Of a stretch of 64,000 bases of DNA, positions 1-12,879 are shown piece by piece; position 1 is the first letter of the stretch, and each line of letters opens with the position of its first letter. Position numbers and translations under genes: made by a program. The stretch comes from Octopus sinensis (lineage: Eukaryota). The notes under the pieces are model-generated. The model was not told where the DNA came from. It saw only the letters and a list, made by a program, of their open reading frames with translations, and made no database searches. The stretch lies in contig NC_042998.1 of assembly GCF_006345805.1 (NCBI RefSeq), forward strand, positions 178,126,001-178,190,000. Direction: 5' to 3'.

Positions 1-454
1 TGGTTAACCATACTTATAACTTTTTGCGAAGTATCACTTAGAATAGTATATTTAGCACAAAGATTTTCTTGATATAAGATACGAGGTGTTATCAAAAGAT
101 TCCCGGACTAGTTCGAATGAGAGCTAGCAATGGTCTTCATGAGGCAGTGTGCCGAGTGACACCGCTAGGTTTACTTCGCAGATTGTGAAATTTGTGATTT
201 TTTAATTACGTGTATGTTGTTGTCTGGGATTTTGTTATGGACAGGAACAAAAAGCCAGCGTGAATCCTTCAAACTTGAGAACTACACAACCAATTTCATT
301 CAAATTTTACACATGACTTACTTAGGGTCCATGTAGTGTCATGGGCAAAAAGTATGTAACTTCTTGCCTAGGGCGAGCCCACAGCAATATCACATCTTCT
401 CCACTATTTCAGTATTACGTGTTAAAAGTGAAACAAAAGCATTTCTCTATTGTA

Positions 455-645
455 TGTATATACACACACACATATATATATATACATACATATATACATA
501 TATATATACATACATATATACATACATACATATATATATATACATACATACATATATACATACATATATACATACATACATATACATATACATACACACA
601 CATACATATACATACATATATATATACATACATACATACACATAC

Positions 646-676
<31 letters not shown>

Positions 677-835
677 CATATATATATATATGTGTATATA
701 TATATATAGATGTATATGTATACATATATGTGTATACATGTATGTCTAGATGTATATATAGATGTACATGTAATATGTACACATATATACACATATATAT
801 ATGCATACATATATACACCCATACACACACAGCGA
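455..835. repeat. Compound (TA)/(TACA) microsatellite
   Basis: Direct reading; source of the I/Y/H/T-rich pseudo-ORFs. Confidence 0.95.
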
Positions 836-862
836 TCCACCCCTCCCCACACATATACATAG

Positions 863-1186
863 GTGCAGGTGTAGCTGTGTGGTAACAAACTTGGTTCCAA
901 AACACATGGTCCTCAGTTCAGTCCCACTGTGCGGTAACTTAGCATGTGTTTCTGCTATAGCCTCAGTCTAACTAAAGCCTTGTCAGTGGATTTTGTTGAC
1001 AGAAACTGAAAGAAATCAATTGTATGTATATGTGTGAATATATGTAAGTCAATGTGTGTATCTTTGTGATTCTCCCTCAACACTGCTTCACAACTGGCGT
1101 TCGTTTATTTACATCCCCATAACTTACTGGTTTCACAAGAAGAAACATAGAATAAGTACCAGGTTTAGCAAAATATAAAAAAGCAC
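863..1186 (+). mobile_element. tRNA-derived SINE, family B (internal microsatellite), diverged
   Basis: gcaggtgtagctgtgtggt...ttcagtccca head; homologous to 50236-50630. Confidence 0.65.
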
Positions 1187-1242
1187 TATGCAGTGTCTCA
1201 TATTTTTGTTTGTCCACTCAGTTGTATCTATCAATTTATCTT

Positions 1243-1280
<38 letters not shown>

Positions 1281-1425
1281 CATATATATATATATATATA
1301 TATATACATACATATATATATATATAATATATATATATATAATATATATATATATAATATATATATATATAATATAATAATAATAATAATAATAATAATA
1401 TAATAACAATAATAATAATAACAAT

Positions 1426-1465
<40 letters not shown>

Positions 1466-1473
<8 letters not shown>

Positions 1474-2011
1474 GTTGTATACTGTCAATCTAACAAGAAC
1501 CTGACAGTAGGGGGTACACCACCGCTGTATAGCCCTAGGAAGCATCGAACGCCTCCTGATGGCTTTGACACATTTTTCCCTGTGTTCCTATATACATTTA
1601 CGAAGGGGAGACAAACACCCCCGGCTGCCGAAGCTGCATCTAGGGACACGTGTTTCAGGATCGTTGTCCTTCATTGGCCTAGAGTAGCAGACACCGGTCA
1701 GCTGGTGATATTTGTCTCGACTTCGCAATTGTATATATCTATATTCAGTGAAGTCTATTCACTGATTATCAAAATAAGAAATATTGAATTTCTAAATCTC
1801 TCGTAGAGACATGTACGGTGGTGGGGCGATAGAATGGTTGCATACTGTCAATCTAACAAGAACGTGACAGTAGGGGGTACATCACCGCTGTATAGCCCTA
1901 GGAAGCATCGAACGCCTCCTGATGGCTTTGACACATTTTTCCCTGTGTCCTTATATACATTTACGAAGGGGAGACAAACACCCCCGGCTGCCGAGGCTGC
2001 ATCTAGGGACA
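1466..2011 (-). mobile_element. Retrozyme/pLTR-like 1.5-mer tandem element, 363-bp unit
   Basis: 1471 onward repeats at 1834 onward (period 363); ends in (TA)n; contains a hammerhead fold. Confidence 0.7.
1639..1683 (-). ncRNA. Minimal type-I hammerhead, core-mutated (CCAAUGA)
   Basis: Minus strand reads tctagg-CCAATGA-agga caacga tcct-GAAA-cacgtg-t-c-cctaga: 6-bp helix I, 4-bp helix II, palindromic helix III, GUC site; U4C and G5A deviations. Confidence 0.7.
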
Positions 2012-3380
2012 TGATATTCACCATACGCCAACTTCAGGAGACGTCCAGAGATTAGAAAATGCCATTATATATGGCCATCATTGATCTGACAAAGGCGTTT
2101 GACTTGGTAAGTAGAAAAGGCCTCTTCATCCTGCTCCAAAACATCGGATGTCCACCAAAGCTGCTGAGGATCATCAAATCTTTCCATGATGATATGCAAG
2201 GCACCATACAGTACAATGGTTCAACATCAGCCGCCTTCCAAATAAAAAATGGGGTAAAGCAAGGTTGTGTCCTTGCTCCTACATTATTTGGCATCTTCTC
2301 GCTGCTGCTGTCACATGCCTTTCAGACATCAGATGACGGAGTGTTTCTGCACAGTAGAAGTGATGGGAAACTGTTCAATCTCTCGCGTCTGCGTGCCAAG
2401 ACCAAAATCAGAAGCATCCTGATCAAGGAGATGCTATTTTCTGATGATGCCGCTCTGGTATCACACACAGAAGAAGACCTACAAAGGCTCATCAACTGTT
2501 TTGAGCAAGCATGTGGCAACTTTGGCTTAGTTATCAGCCTCAAGAAGACCAACCTCATGGGTCAGGCTACATCGGACATCCCAAACATATATATTGGAGA
2601 CCACAGACTACAGGAGGTGGAGAAGTTTACCTATCTTGGCTCTACCATCACCTACAACATATCCCTTGATGCTGAGCTCAATACACGTATTGGCAAGGCT
2701 GCTGCTGTGATGGCCCAACTCTCCAAACGGGCATGGGACAACAATAAGCTGACCAAGACCACAAAAATGAAGATTTACCAAGCATGTGTACTTAGCACTC
2801 TACTGTATGGAAGTGAGACTTGGACGCCATGCACACGCCATACGACGCCATACGTCGCCTAAATATATTTCATCTGCGCTGCCTCCAGAAAATCTTTCGC
2901 ATCAAATGGCAGAATCATGTCCCCAACAAAGATGACCTCAAGCAAACAGGAATACCAAGCATGTTTGCACTCCTCTCACAAAGACGTATGAGATGGCTTG
3001 GACATGTTAGCCGTACGGAAGATGGCAGAATCCCCAAGGACATACTCAACGGAGAGCTTGCTAGGGGCACTAAGTCTGTGGGAAGACCGTTCTTACGATA
3101 CAAGGATGTTTGCAAAAGGGACATGAATGCCTGCAATATCAATATTACCAACTGGGAAGCAGTTGCCAGCAACCGTGGAGATTGGTGACGTACCGTAAAA
3201 GAGGGAACACAAAGGAGTGACATGGAGAGAGAGGAGAAATGGAAAGACAAGAAAAGATGTCAACAAGAAAGTATGACATTACAACCAGCCAGGCAAAGTC
3301 TTCGCTACATTTGTGGCACCTGTCAGAGGGAGTGTTTGTCCAGGATAGGACTACACAGCCACAGCAGGAGATGTATTAGG
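2008..3380 (+). mobile_element. 5'-truncated RTE-clade LINE (RT plus C-terminal zinc finger), degenerate
   Basis: DMIFTIRQLQE, IDLTKAFD, GVKQGCVLAPTLF, FSDDAAL, FTYLGS, RWLGHV, CGTCQRECLSRIGLHSHSRRC; frameshift near 2830 and stop at 3186. Confidence 0.92.
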
Positions 3381-3384
3381 ACAT

Positions 3385-4662
3385 ATTTCTTTTATGATCC
3401 AAAACTAGGTCAAAAGTACTGAACGGATCTTTATGAAATTTGGAAATTATATTCTATGCATAAGGGCCATAACCCCCATGACAATTCATATATTTTTGCT
3501 GTTGATGAAATTTTAACCATAGATATTAGACACAAATGAAGTAATATTTATAAAATTTCATCTTCTTACAAAGTTAGAAGGACCCCTCCATAGGGACTTA
3601 ACACCCACAATTTTGTCATTTTATCTAAGCAAAAACGAATACAGTTGTGCTATTGGAAGCTGTAGGGTTACCCGAGCATAAAAGTTGGGCATTATTTCTA
3701 ATTCAATGGTACAACAGTGTAACAGTTTGCTTTGACATACACTTACATAGTAATTTCTGCAATGTGGTGCATAAATTGTCAAGTAAATGAGAGGCATCTT
3801 TGCCTCCACTGATTCAGTTGCAAAGTGTTGAGTAAAGTTATTTGATTGCAGACCTTCTTTCAGTCTTTTTATTATCACTCGGTCACAAATAGTCCCCAGA
3901 TGGTAACATTGATTTCAATGCCTTCCCAGATGAGTGACTGGTTATTCAAAGACATTTATAGATTTTAAATTTATTCTGTCCAGTTATGTATCAGTATAGT
4001 GGTCATTTGCAAACTCCAGAGGTGACACTTTAATTTCTCCTTAGCCCTCACGTCACACAGTTGTTAATATTGATTTCAGTTGGGTCACGCCCTTCCAATT
4101 GCTATAGATTCGTAATGCATCTTACGGCTGTGCCTGTCACCTGGATGGTGAGGAATCCTACATTGGGAGTGGTAACGACTAGGGTAGGGTAGCTAACTGC
4201 TTATTGTGATTTCGTCTTTTGGTTTCCTGTAGCTTTGCTCTCTTTTACGAACACAGTGAACATATATTTCCTATTTCAAAGAAATTCAAACAATAGATAT
4301 AAGACCCAAGTTAAAAGATTTTCAACAATTCAACTTCTCTGATTGACATTAAAATGTCCACCACCAACAGGGGCCTTAACTCCCACATTTTAGAGCTCCA
4401 TGACCTTCATTTTTCAGGAGCAAAATCTTTTTAACAGGTTTAATAAGACTGGAATTTTTGGAATATGCGCATAAAAATCAGTAGTATGGAATACATGTGG
4501 CACGATTACAATTTTTTAGGGTGTGTAAAGAGGGAAATAATCCTCATCTGCAATTTTGATGAAATTCGAAACATAGATTTTCCAGTTCATTACAGAAGAT
4601 ATAACAGAAAAGTCTAATTTTTCAATTGAATGTAACCGGGCAAGGCCGGGTATCTCTGCTAG
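3385..4662 (+). mobile_element. Non-autonomous Helitron-like remnant (3' end visible; 5' limit uncertain)
   Basis: Hairpin accggg-caagg-ccgggt followed by CTAG (4659-4662) then T, the typical Helitron 3' signature. Confidence 0.45.
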
Positions 4663-4699
4663 TAATATATATTTTCCTTTTGGAGTATTGTGTGAATTT

Positions 4700-5000
4700 G
4701 TTCTGTTACGCTGAGTGTTAATTCATGCTGCTGATCAGTTATGGTTCTCCTTGATAGAGGTAATTGTTTGTACTTCGAAACCGTATCAGGGTCTAAGCAT
4801 GCATCCTAGAACTTGCACAATGCATTCTTTTATGATTCCTACATCGCTGAATGGTTTTCCATTTTATCCCGAGTATATAAGCTACTTTATAAGTTGATTC
4901 ATTGGCATTATTTCCGGGACTTACCACTGCTTGAAATAACTGTCTTTGATTTTGCATTTCATCTTTTAATTTCTGCAATGCAATCTTTCGTACCCCTCTC
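4700..5000 (-). mobile_element. hAT (Buster/Charlie-like) transposase fragment
   Basis: STYKVAYILG resembles the ASYxVAYxIA motif of hAT/GTF2IRD2-type transposases. Confidence 0.5.
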
Positions 5001-5444
5001 TCTAATTTGAAATGTTTATGGTCTTTATGTGTGGCATAATACTAATGAGCACTGAATTTCTTCAAGACTGATATTGCAGTATCACAAAGCAAGCAGATCA
5101 TCTCATCTTTAGCAAATAAAAAATATTATTGCATTCCCCAATCCTCATTAAACCTCTATTTTCTTCCTTTAGCGTTCTCTTGGTCTTCTTTGTCATGATG
5201 GATTATTAAAAAGACAGAATAAAAGAATAGAATAAAAGAATAAAACAAATATGCGGATACGGTAATTATTCTCAAATCCCACTTGAAATGTGCACCAGTC
5301 ACAAATTGAGAATCACTGGCGTACTGGATCACCACGGGCTCTCGTTAACCAACCTCGATCGGTAGTGGCGAAAGTCAGGTGGGTAAGTTAACGTACATTC
5401 TAGAGTTGCATTAGAACTAAATATGTATATATATATATATATAT

Positions 5445-5710
5445 ACCTTCGAAACACGCTGGGGTTGAACTAGGGACAGCTGATGAAGGTGATTTTTCCT
5501 TGTGTAGTTGTCTTGTACTCTGTTTTTTCGTTGTTAAAAAAATGGTCCGTTCAATGCTATTTTTACGTTTTCGTTTCTCGTTGAGTTCTACGTCTATTTG
5601 TGGTGTCCTGTACACACGTATATATATTTATATATGCATGTATATATACATGTAGATGTAGGTACGTACATATATGTTTGTATGTATGCATATATTTTAT
5701 TTATTACACT
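5445..5710 (+). mobile_element. Diverged solo copy of the repeat family at 59588-60756
   Basis: Shares ccttcGAAAc...CTGAnGAagg.gattttt and ggtgtcctgtacac...catgtaga.gtaggtacgtacatatatg with the minus strand of 59588-59893. Confidence 0.65.
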
Positions 5711-6084
5711 ATATATATATACACACAAGAGTTGAAGTAGCCCTTATGACTCGCTAATATTTTAATTGTGACAGTCAGTCGGTGAGGATTATTTTGTTGA
5801 ACTTTCTGTTACACTTTGGAATTTTAAAGACGTTCGTTTTAAGGTTAAAATAAAAAATAATGAAAGACGAACAAAAACATATTAATAAAGATAAAAGATA
5901 TGTTCTGCAAAATTTGGATTCATTCAAAAGACCACGCATAATGCCCTACAAGGCCGCTGGTTCCTAACTCCTGGTCTAGTGTTTTAGTTGTCTCTTTAAT
6001 TTAGACACGCAGTTTTAGCCAAACACTATAGAATAGAGCGAGCACTGCTAATGTACCAGTAATGTGCTAGTCTGCATTATTTGT

Positions 6085-6300
6085 GGTGAGCTGGCAGAAT
6101 CGTTAGCTCACCGGGAAAAATACGTTACGGCATTTCGTCCGTGTCCACGTTCTGAGTTCAAATTCTGCCGATGTTGAATTTACCTTCCATCCTCTCGGGA
6201 TCGATAAATTAAGTACCCGTGAAACAGTGGGGTCGATGTGATCGACTTACTCCCTCCCGCAAAATTTCAGGCCTTGTACCTATAGGAGAAAGGATTATTT
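6085..6300 (+). mobile_element. tRNA-derived SINE, family A (CORE-like)
   Basis: A box tggcagaatcg, B box gagttcaaattc, then catcct.tcggggtcgataaa.taagtacc domain. Confidence 0.75.
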
Positions 6301-7524
6301 GTGAAAATTGGTGTATCTGTTTTAATAAATCCTTTAATACTAGTGACTTTTGTGGGATTGCATTTATATACAATATACAATACTACTGCATACAATCAGA
6401 GAAAGGTCTTCTGTTACTGATGTAATCTCAAAGAAATTTGAAAGTAGCTCCTTTGATCCGTCTGTATACGGTGAGATTGTATAGAAAATACATTAAATTA
6501 ATGAAGTTAGATTTATCGCGCAGAGCTGGCCAAATTTTATAGGATTATTCTGTAGTGCATCATAACATCAGATGATGCTACAATGCTTCTGTATACATGC
6601 ACAGCTTTCTTATCGATCAATAATCAATTAATTGATGACACTCTAAAAAGCTCCTAGAATGGACCATTGTTCGTATTACTAGAACTGCGCTGTTACGTAC
6701 AAAATATACTCGATCTCGATCAAAAGAAGGCAACCTGACTGTGGACAAAGATCACTCACTAACACACTACAACCCAATCTTTATTCCACATACACCGTCT
6801 CTCTTCTTTCTGTCTATTCTATCGATTCTAAGACGCCTCGGTTTTTTTGAACCAGCTAGCCTTCTCATCTGTCTTTCCTTTTCTAGTCACCTATTTTGTG
6901 TATCAGCTACTAACTCCTGCACCGACCACTTTATCCACCCGTTTTAACAGAATAGGAAAGCTCGGAAATTCCTCCCGTACATAAGGCTTCCCTGCAGTCG
7001 TTGAATTACAGACGTTTAAAACGAATATCAAAACGTATCAGTCTCAACAGCCTCAGAGGGCTTGTAAACTTCATGGGTAATAGTCCTCGTCCTAGACTAA
7101 AACTTAAAAAGGATAATGTATATAGGCTTTTATTTGTACTATCTATCCCTCTATGATACATTCTCAAATCATTAAAGCTAAAAATGTTCGATTCATTGTC
7201 TTATGGCTATAAGTATAGATATAAAATCAAGATATCGAAGAAACTTATCTCAATACAAATTTGACAGAAGCTATATAAATATTTGCAGTGTACGATAAGC
7301 TAAATAGTTTTCTTATAAAAGTCTGGATAAATGTTACCTTGATGGAAAATTACATAGGTGGAGACTTATCACCGACATATTGGCTTCAGTGTGATAGACA
7401 GAATTATTTATTATCCTTCACTGCATATGTATGCTGGCTTCTTCTGAATAAATATTATGTTAATCTGTCTCTTTTGAAAGCAATAATATACGCACAGTAA
7501 TGGATGCGGGTGTATGTGGCGCGC

Positions 7525-7563
<39 letters not shown>

Positions 7564-7705
7564 TGTAGTTGTGCTTATCATGGATAGTCTAATACAATAT
7601 TTATTCTATAGAAACCGGAATATTTATCAGTCAACTGAAGGTTAAGAAGCGTTAACTATTTCGCCAGTCACTCTAGGATGCACGCGCATATACACACACA
7701 AATAC

Positions 7706-7777
<72 letters not shown>

Positions 7778-7784
7778 TTACATA

Positions 7785-7841
<57 letters not shown>

Positions 7842-7904
7842 CGTAAGGGGTATTAGCCATCTGAAAAACTATATATATATATACATATATATATGTATAT
7901 GTAT

Positions 7905-7972
<68 letters not shown>

Positions 7973-8228
7973 GCTTCTTATAATAGAGGGGACCAAATAT
8001 GTATATACACATTGAATGTATAAAGTCAGTGTTTATTAAAAAATACATTCCATTTTCAAAATTTAATAGAATCTACAAACAGAAATTAGTGTTTTTTTTT
8101 TTTTATGAACTCGTTTCAAATTCATGCCCATTCCGATCCAGGCACTGCTGATAATGCGAAGCGATGAAATCCAAAACGACAAGAAACATTGCATTCGGTA
8201 TTTATGTGCGTACTCGTTCAACGGTTGC

Positions 8229-8625
8229 GGCGAGCTGGCAGAATCGTTAGCATGTCGGGCGAAATGCTTAGCGGTATTTCGGCTGCCGTTACGTTGTGAG
8301 TTCAAATTCCGCCGTGGTCGACTTTGCCTTTCATTCTTTCAGGGTCGATAAATTAAGTACCAGTTACGCACTGGGGTCGATATAATCGACTTAATACCTA
8401 TGTCTCTTCTTGTTTAGCCCCTTGTGGGTAATAAAGAAATAGGTATTTCGGCTGCCGTTACGTTGTGAGTTCAAATTCCGCCGTGGTCGACTTTGCCTTT
8501 CATCCTTTCGGGGTCGATAAATTAAGCACCAGTTATGCACTGGGGTCGATGAAATCGACTTAATACCTATGTCTGTCCATGTTTGTCCCCTCTGTGTTTA
8601 GCCCCTTGTGAGTAATAAAGAAATT
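8229..8625 (+). mobile_element. SINE family A with tandemly repeated body
   Basis: ggtatttcggctgccgttacg...gtaataaagaaat present twice. Confidence 0.8.
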
Positions 8626-8869
8626 AGGTTGTATTCAGTTTGCCGGCTGTTGCCCGTTTTCTGCCGTAAACTTTGTGTTATAAGTATCTCCATGAAAAAA
8701 TGTGAGCTCCGGTGAGAGCGGAGGATGTTCCTTTAAACCTCTTCGTCCAATCTACTTGTTTGGCAAATTCTCATCAAGGTAAGTCCATATTATTACTATG
8801 GTAGTGTGGGTTCCTCTATCTTGCTAGAAATAAAACTCCACATCTTCAATGTCCTTTTGAATACTCGGC

Positions 8870-9500
8870 ATAACAGATAATCGTAGCAAATTTAGTTAAA
8901 TGGAACCAGTCATAGTACTGTCAAAAAATATGGTCCCACTAATCTTTTTAAGGATAAGTCGCACCATACTGTAATTCATGGTAAAGTTACATGGTTTTTC
9001 TCCGTAATATGTGAATTTTCAAGTCCCCAGCAGTGCAATTATGGAAGTTAAACGAGGCATTTAAATCAAATGTAATCTCATTATTCCACTCTTTGTTGGA
9101 AAGTGGGTGTCTTCTACACATCTTGCCGAGTACCACTAACAGAACTTTACTGTCCGGATCATCTTCAACGAGAACATCGACTATACTAGGAATTTGACTT
9201 TTCCAGTTACAGCACCTCAAAATACGATAGACGCTTGATTTTGAAACTCCTGCATCACAACACATGTACAGTACAGCTTTCCTTGAACACCACGAATACG
9301 TTTTTGATACCATTTCTTGCTTTGTAAATATTCTGAATAGTTCCAGCTGCATCAACCTATCTCTAATCCGAGAGATGGTAAGTCGCATAGATGGATCTGT
9401 TTGAAATCCCCTCCTCAACTATCTTTGCACGTCGACTGCGTTTTCAAACTTCCAGTAAAACCTTAAGCTACATTTCCTATGTTCATCAGAAAATATAAAG
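8870..9500 (-). mobile_element. Tc1/mariner-superfamily transposase remnant (HTH region)
   Basis: GVSKSSVYRIL...W..LVEDDPD resembles DUF4817-type Tc1/mariner transposases; degraded. Confidence 0.55.
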
Positions 9501-9618
9501 GGTGCTTAGTATGGCATCCTTCATTATTTCTGATGGCTTAAATCTAAAAAGAAATGTATATTAACTAAGCTATCAGCTGCTTAATTGTGTGTACACCTAT
9601 TGGAATACCCTATATATA

Positions 9619-9731
<113 letters not shown>

Positions 9732-9732
9732 G

Positions 9733-9829
<97 letters not shown>

Positions 9830-10049
9830 ATATATATATAGAGAGAGAGAGAGAGAAAGAGCAATAAGAAAATGGAGGAGATCAATAGGTGGTTCATCAA
9901 CTTTTAGACGTATATTATGTCAAATTATTTATTTATTTACCAAACTGACAATTACAAGAATATACATTGGATTCACAACTTCTAACTTGGAATTAAAATA
10001 TATATACAATGTATATATATATACAATATGTAAAATATATATACAATAT

Positions 10050-10113
<64 letters not shown>

Positions 10114-10116
<3 letters not shown>

Positions 10117-10850
10117 TGATCCCTCGCTACTTCGCGGTTCAACTATCGCGGATTCACGACTTCGCGGATTTTTAATATATATATGTATGAACATTAAATT
10201 CATTAAAATATTAATAATAAATATTATTTCCTAGTTTAGGAACAACAAAACAAGCGCAAAACAGCAAAAAATATATACAGGGGTATTTGAACTTTGTGAT
10301 TGGTGCAATGGAGAGTGACGACGAATCACAGCTTTCTGTTTTGTAATCTGGCCTGTGACTGGTGCTCTGACCGATGCTCAGATCCGCAGCATCTTCCCTT
10401 GTTTCTCTCTCGCGGCCATTTCGCTTCAAGCTTTCTCACCGAGTGGTTTACTGTACTACTTTACGCTGTGCTATGTGTGATTTTTTTTCTCTCTTTGCGT
10501 TGAACTTTCCGTTTTCATCCCCTGGAATTGCTCCAAGCGTGCCGCTTCTTCCAAGGCTGGTAGTACTGAGCCTAAACGCAAACGAAGAATGATGACGATC
10601 ACTGAGAAGGTGAAACTTCTAGATATGTTGAAGGAAGGGGGAACTTTCGCTGCCGTAGCCCACCATTTTAGCGTGAACGAATCCACCGTTCGCTACATCA
10701 AGAAGGAAGATGGCTGCCATCACCTTTAATAAGTCGGCGAAGAGAGTGATGATAAAACTATCATCCGTATGGAAGCTGCTTTGGCCGTATGGATAGCCGA
10801 CTGCTGAAAGAACATAGCCTTGGATACGAACATCATCCAAACAGGCAGAA
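10114..10850 (+). mobile_element. Tigger/pogo-like DNA transposon, 3'-truncated
   Basis: TIR cagtgatccctcgctacttcgcgg; CENP-B-like HTH fragment MMTITEKVKLLDMLKEG...NESTVRYIKK...RMEAALAVWI. Confidence 0.75.
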
Positions 10851-12439
10851 ACTTTTTTCTTATTATGGTTACTTCTGTAGAAAATGTTAAAACGAGCATC
10901 TCATATTGTTAATCTCCTCGCTCGAAAACAAGCCTGACAAATGATAATAAATCTGTTAAACCCAAACTCTATAATAGAACTAATGAAGTTAAACTGCGCA
11001 TCAAAAGTATTGAAGTGCAACAAATATAAAAATGACATGTGAGAACTGACACAGCTAATTGATGATCTTCAGTTTTCTGACTCATTCCACCTGTTGAATC
11101 ACATTAAATGACTTGTACATATTTTGTTTGCGCCGTAGGAAATTTTCATTGCAACACATTGGCTTTTAATGTTAAATTACTCTTTCGGTTTCCCTCTCGC
11201 TTTTAGTTCTTTTGCTAGATAAGAAGACATAAACTAGTAATTTTCACACTTCATTAGTATATATTTTATAGCAGTTCCTATCGTTTTTCAATGTTCAGAT
11301 AAGTAAATATCAGACATCATTACAGTATATTCTATCATCAGAAAAGATATATCTGTATTTAAAAGAAAGCGTAGTCCAAAAGATCAATCAAAGCGAACTT
11401 CTTTATACTTCTCTGCTTGTCTTCTTGCAATAAAATACGATTTGACATTCGAAGTAGTTTTTCTCTTATTTGGCATCTAATCAGTAAATAGCTGTCAGGG
11501 AATTTCTTTTCATATTTATCAAACTCTCTTAAAATATTTCATGGGGAGAAACCGTTAATTTCTGTTATTATTTCACCGTCTTTCACGCTGTTATTTGTTA
11601 CATCGACTTTACATTATATTCATGCTTTTCACGGAGAAGGAAAATATATATTCTTTTTTTTTCTTTTGGCGGAGGATTTCGTTCTTGCATTGTAGATATT
11701 TGCATTGGTTTCTATATTGATATCTAGATATTTTTGCAAAAGATAATTTTTTACTTGCTAAGATCTCTACTTCCAGTCATTTTTTAACTTGCTAGATCTG
11801 AAGGAAGGGGCAGTACCTAAGGTCTTAATAGGCCCTCTTACATCCGTGAGGCTGATGCCATCACTGTTTCTCTTAAACATATATAAGTCCACCCTAGCAA
11901 GAAACACACAAACAGAGAAAGAATTCTAGGGGCCCAACGTGTAGGAAGTTCTAGGCGTAATGCGGAGCCTGGAAAGGTCGAACACAACGAGGATGATGCT
12001 ATAAGGAAAGATTAGTAGGACAGGAAAGTCTGAGCTAAACCAGCTCTGCTCCGAGGAGCAGAAGCTATTATAGTATCAGTAAAAAAGTAGAAATATGAGG
12101 CAACTCGCCAATGGATCAGAAGCTAGAACCTGTCTGTGAGACAGACACATATCTCTCTTATGCATGCAGGTGTAGTTACACTACCGTTCTAAATGTGAGA
12201 GCTGTACTCCATTGTTGGCTTTACCTCAGCTTTGTAAAGTATGACTACTTATTAGGGGATGAACTACATTGTGATCTTGAAAACAAAAGACCAATCTATG
12301 GGATGCGGTCCTAATGAAGGTTGTACTTTTGTGAGGAGAGATTCTTGGCGATTGTAATGCCCAACACCTGGTGTGATTTTGAGTGCTCTGAGTTCTGCTC
12401 ATTGTTAAGAGGAAACCTGGTGTGATAATGATTTCTTTA

Positions 12440-12655
12440 CAGTCGTGGCCAAACGTTTAGAACGTAAGTCTGAAAATTAGAATTTTTGTATTTGATGCCC
12501 AAAGTCATATTTTGATTTGAAATATATTGTTACTACTTACAGTGTTATGGTGGTATCTATAAAAATTATTACATTGTACATATTTGAATCGAATTGTACT
12601 TAAGCATAACAATTTTAATCATATAAAAAAAGTTCCAAACTTTTGGCCACGACTG
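12440..12655. mobile_element. Tc1-type MITE
   Basis: TIRs CAGTCGTGGCCAAA / TTTGGCCACGACTG; TA on the left flank (CA on the right). Confidence 0.8.
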
Positions 12656-12879
12656 CATATATGAGCAGCGTTTGTGTTTCTTTGCTTTTAAGAGACGCAA
12701 GAATGTTATATTTCCATTAGAGGATGCTTTCAAGACTTTTTTCTTGTCTTGGTATGGGTTTTGTGTGTGGTGTCTGGGTTGCGAGTGGCTGGTGAATGGC
12801 TAAAAATGTTAGGGAGAAATGAAGGCTAGTATAAGCTGGATAAGAATTGGTGTTAAGCTGGATAAGAATTTGTTAGTAA

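Noticed and set aside
341-905. Numerous 100-190 aa ORFs rich in I/Y/H/T/C/V (also at 9585, 23749, 63297 and elsewhere)
   Set aside because: They are translations of TA/CA/TACA microsatellites, not genes.
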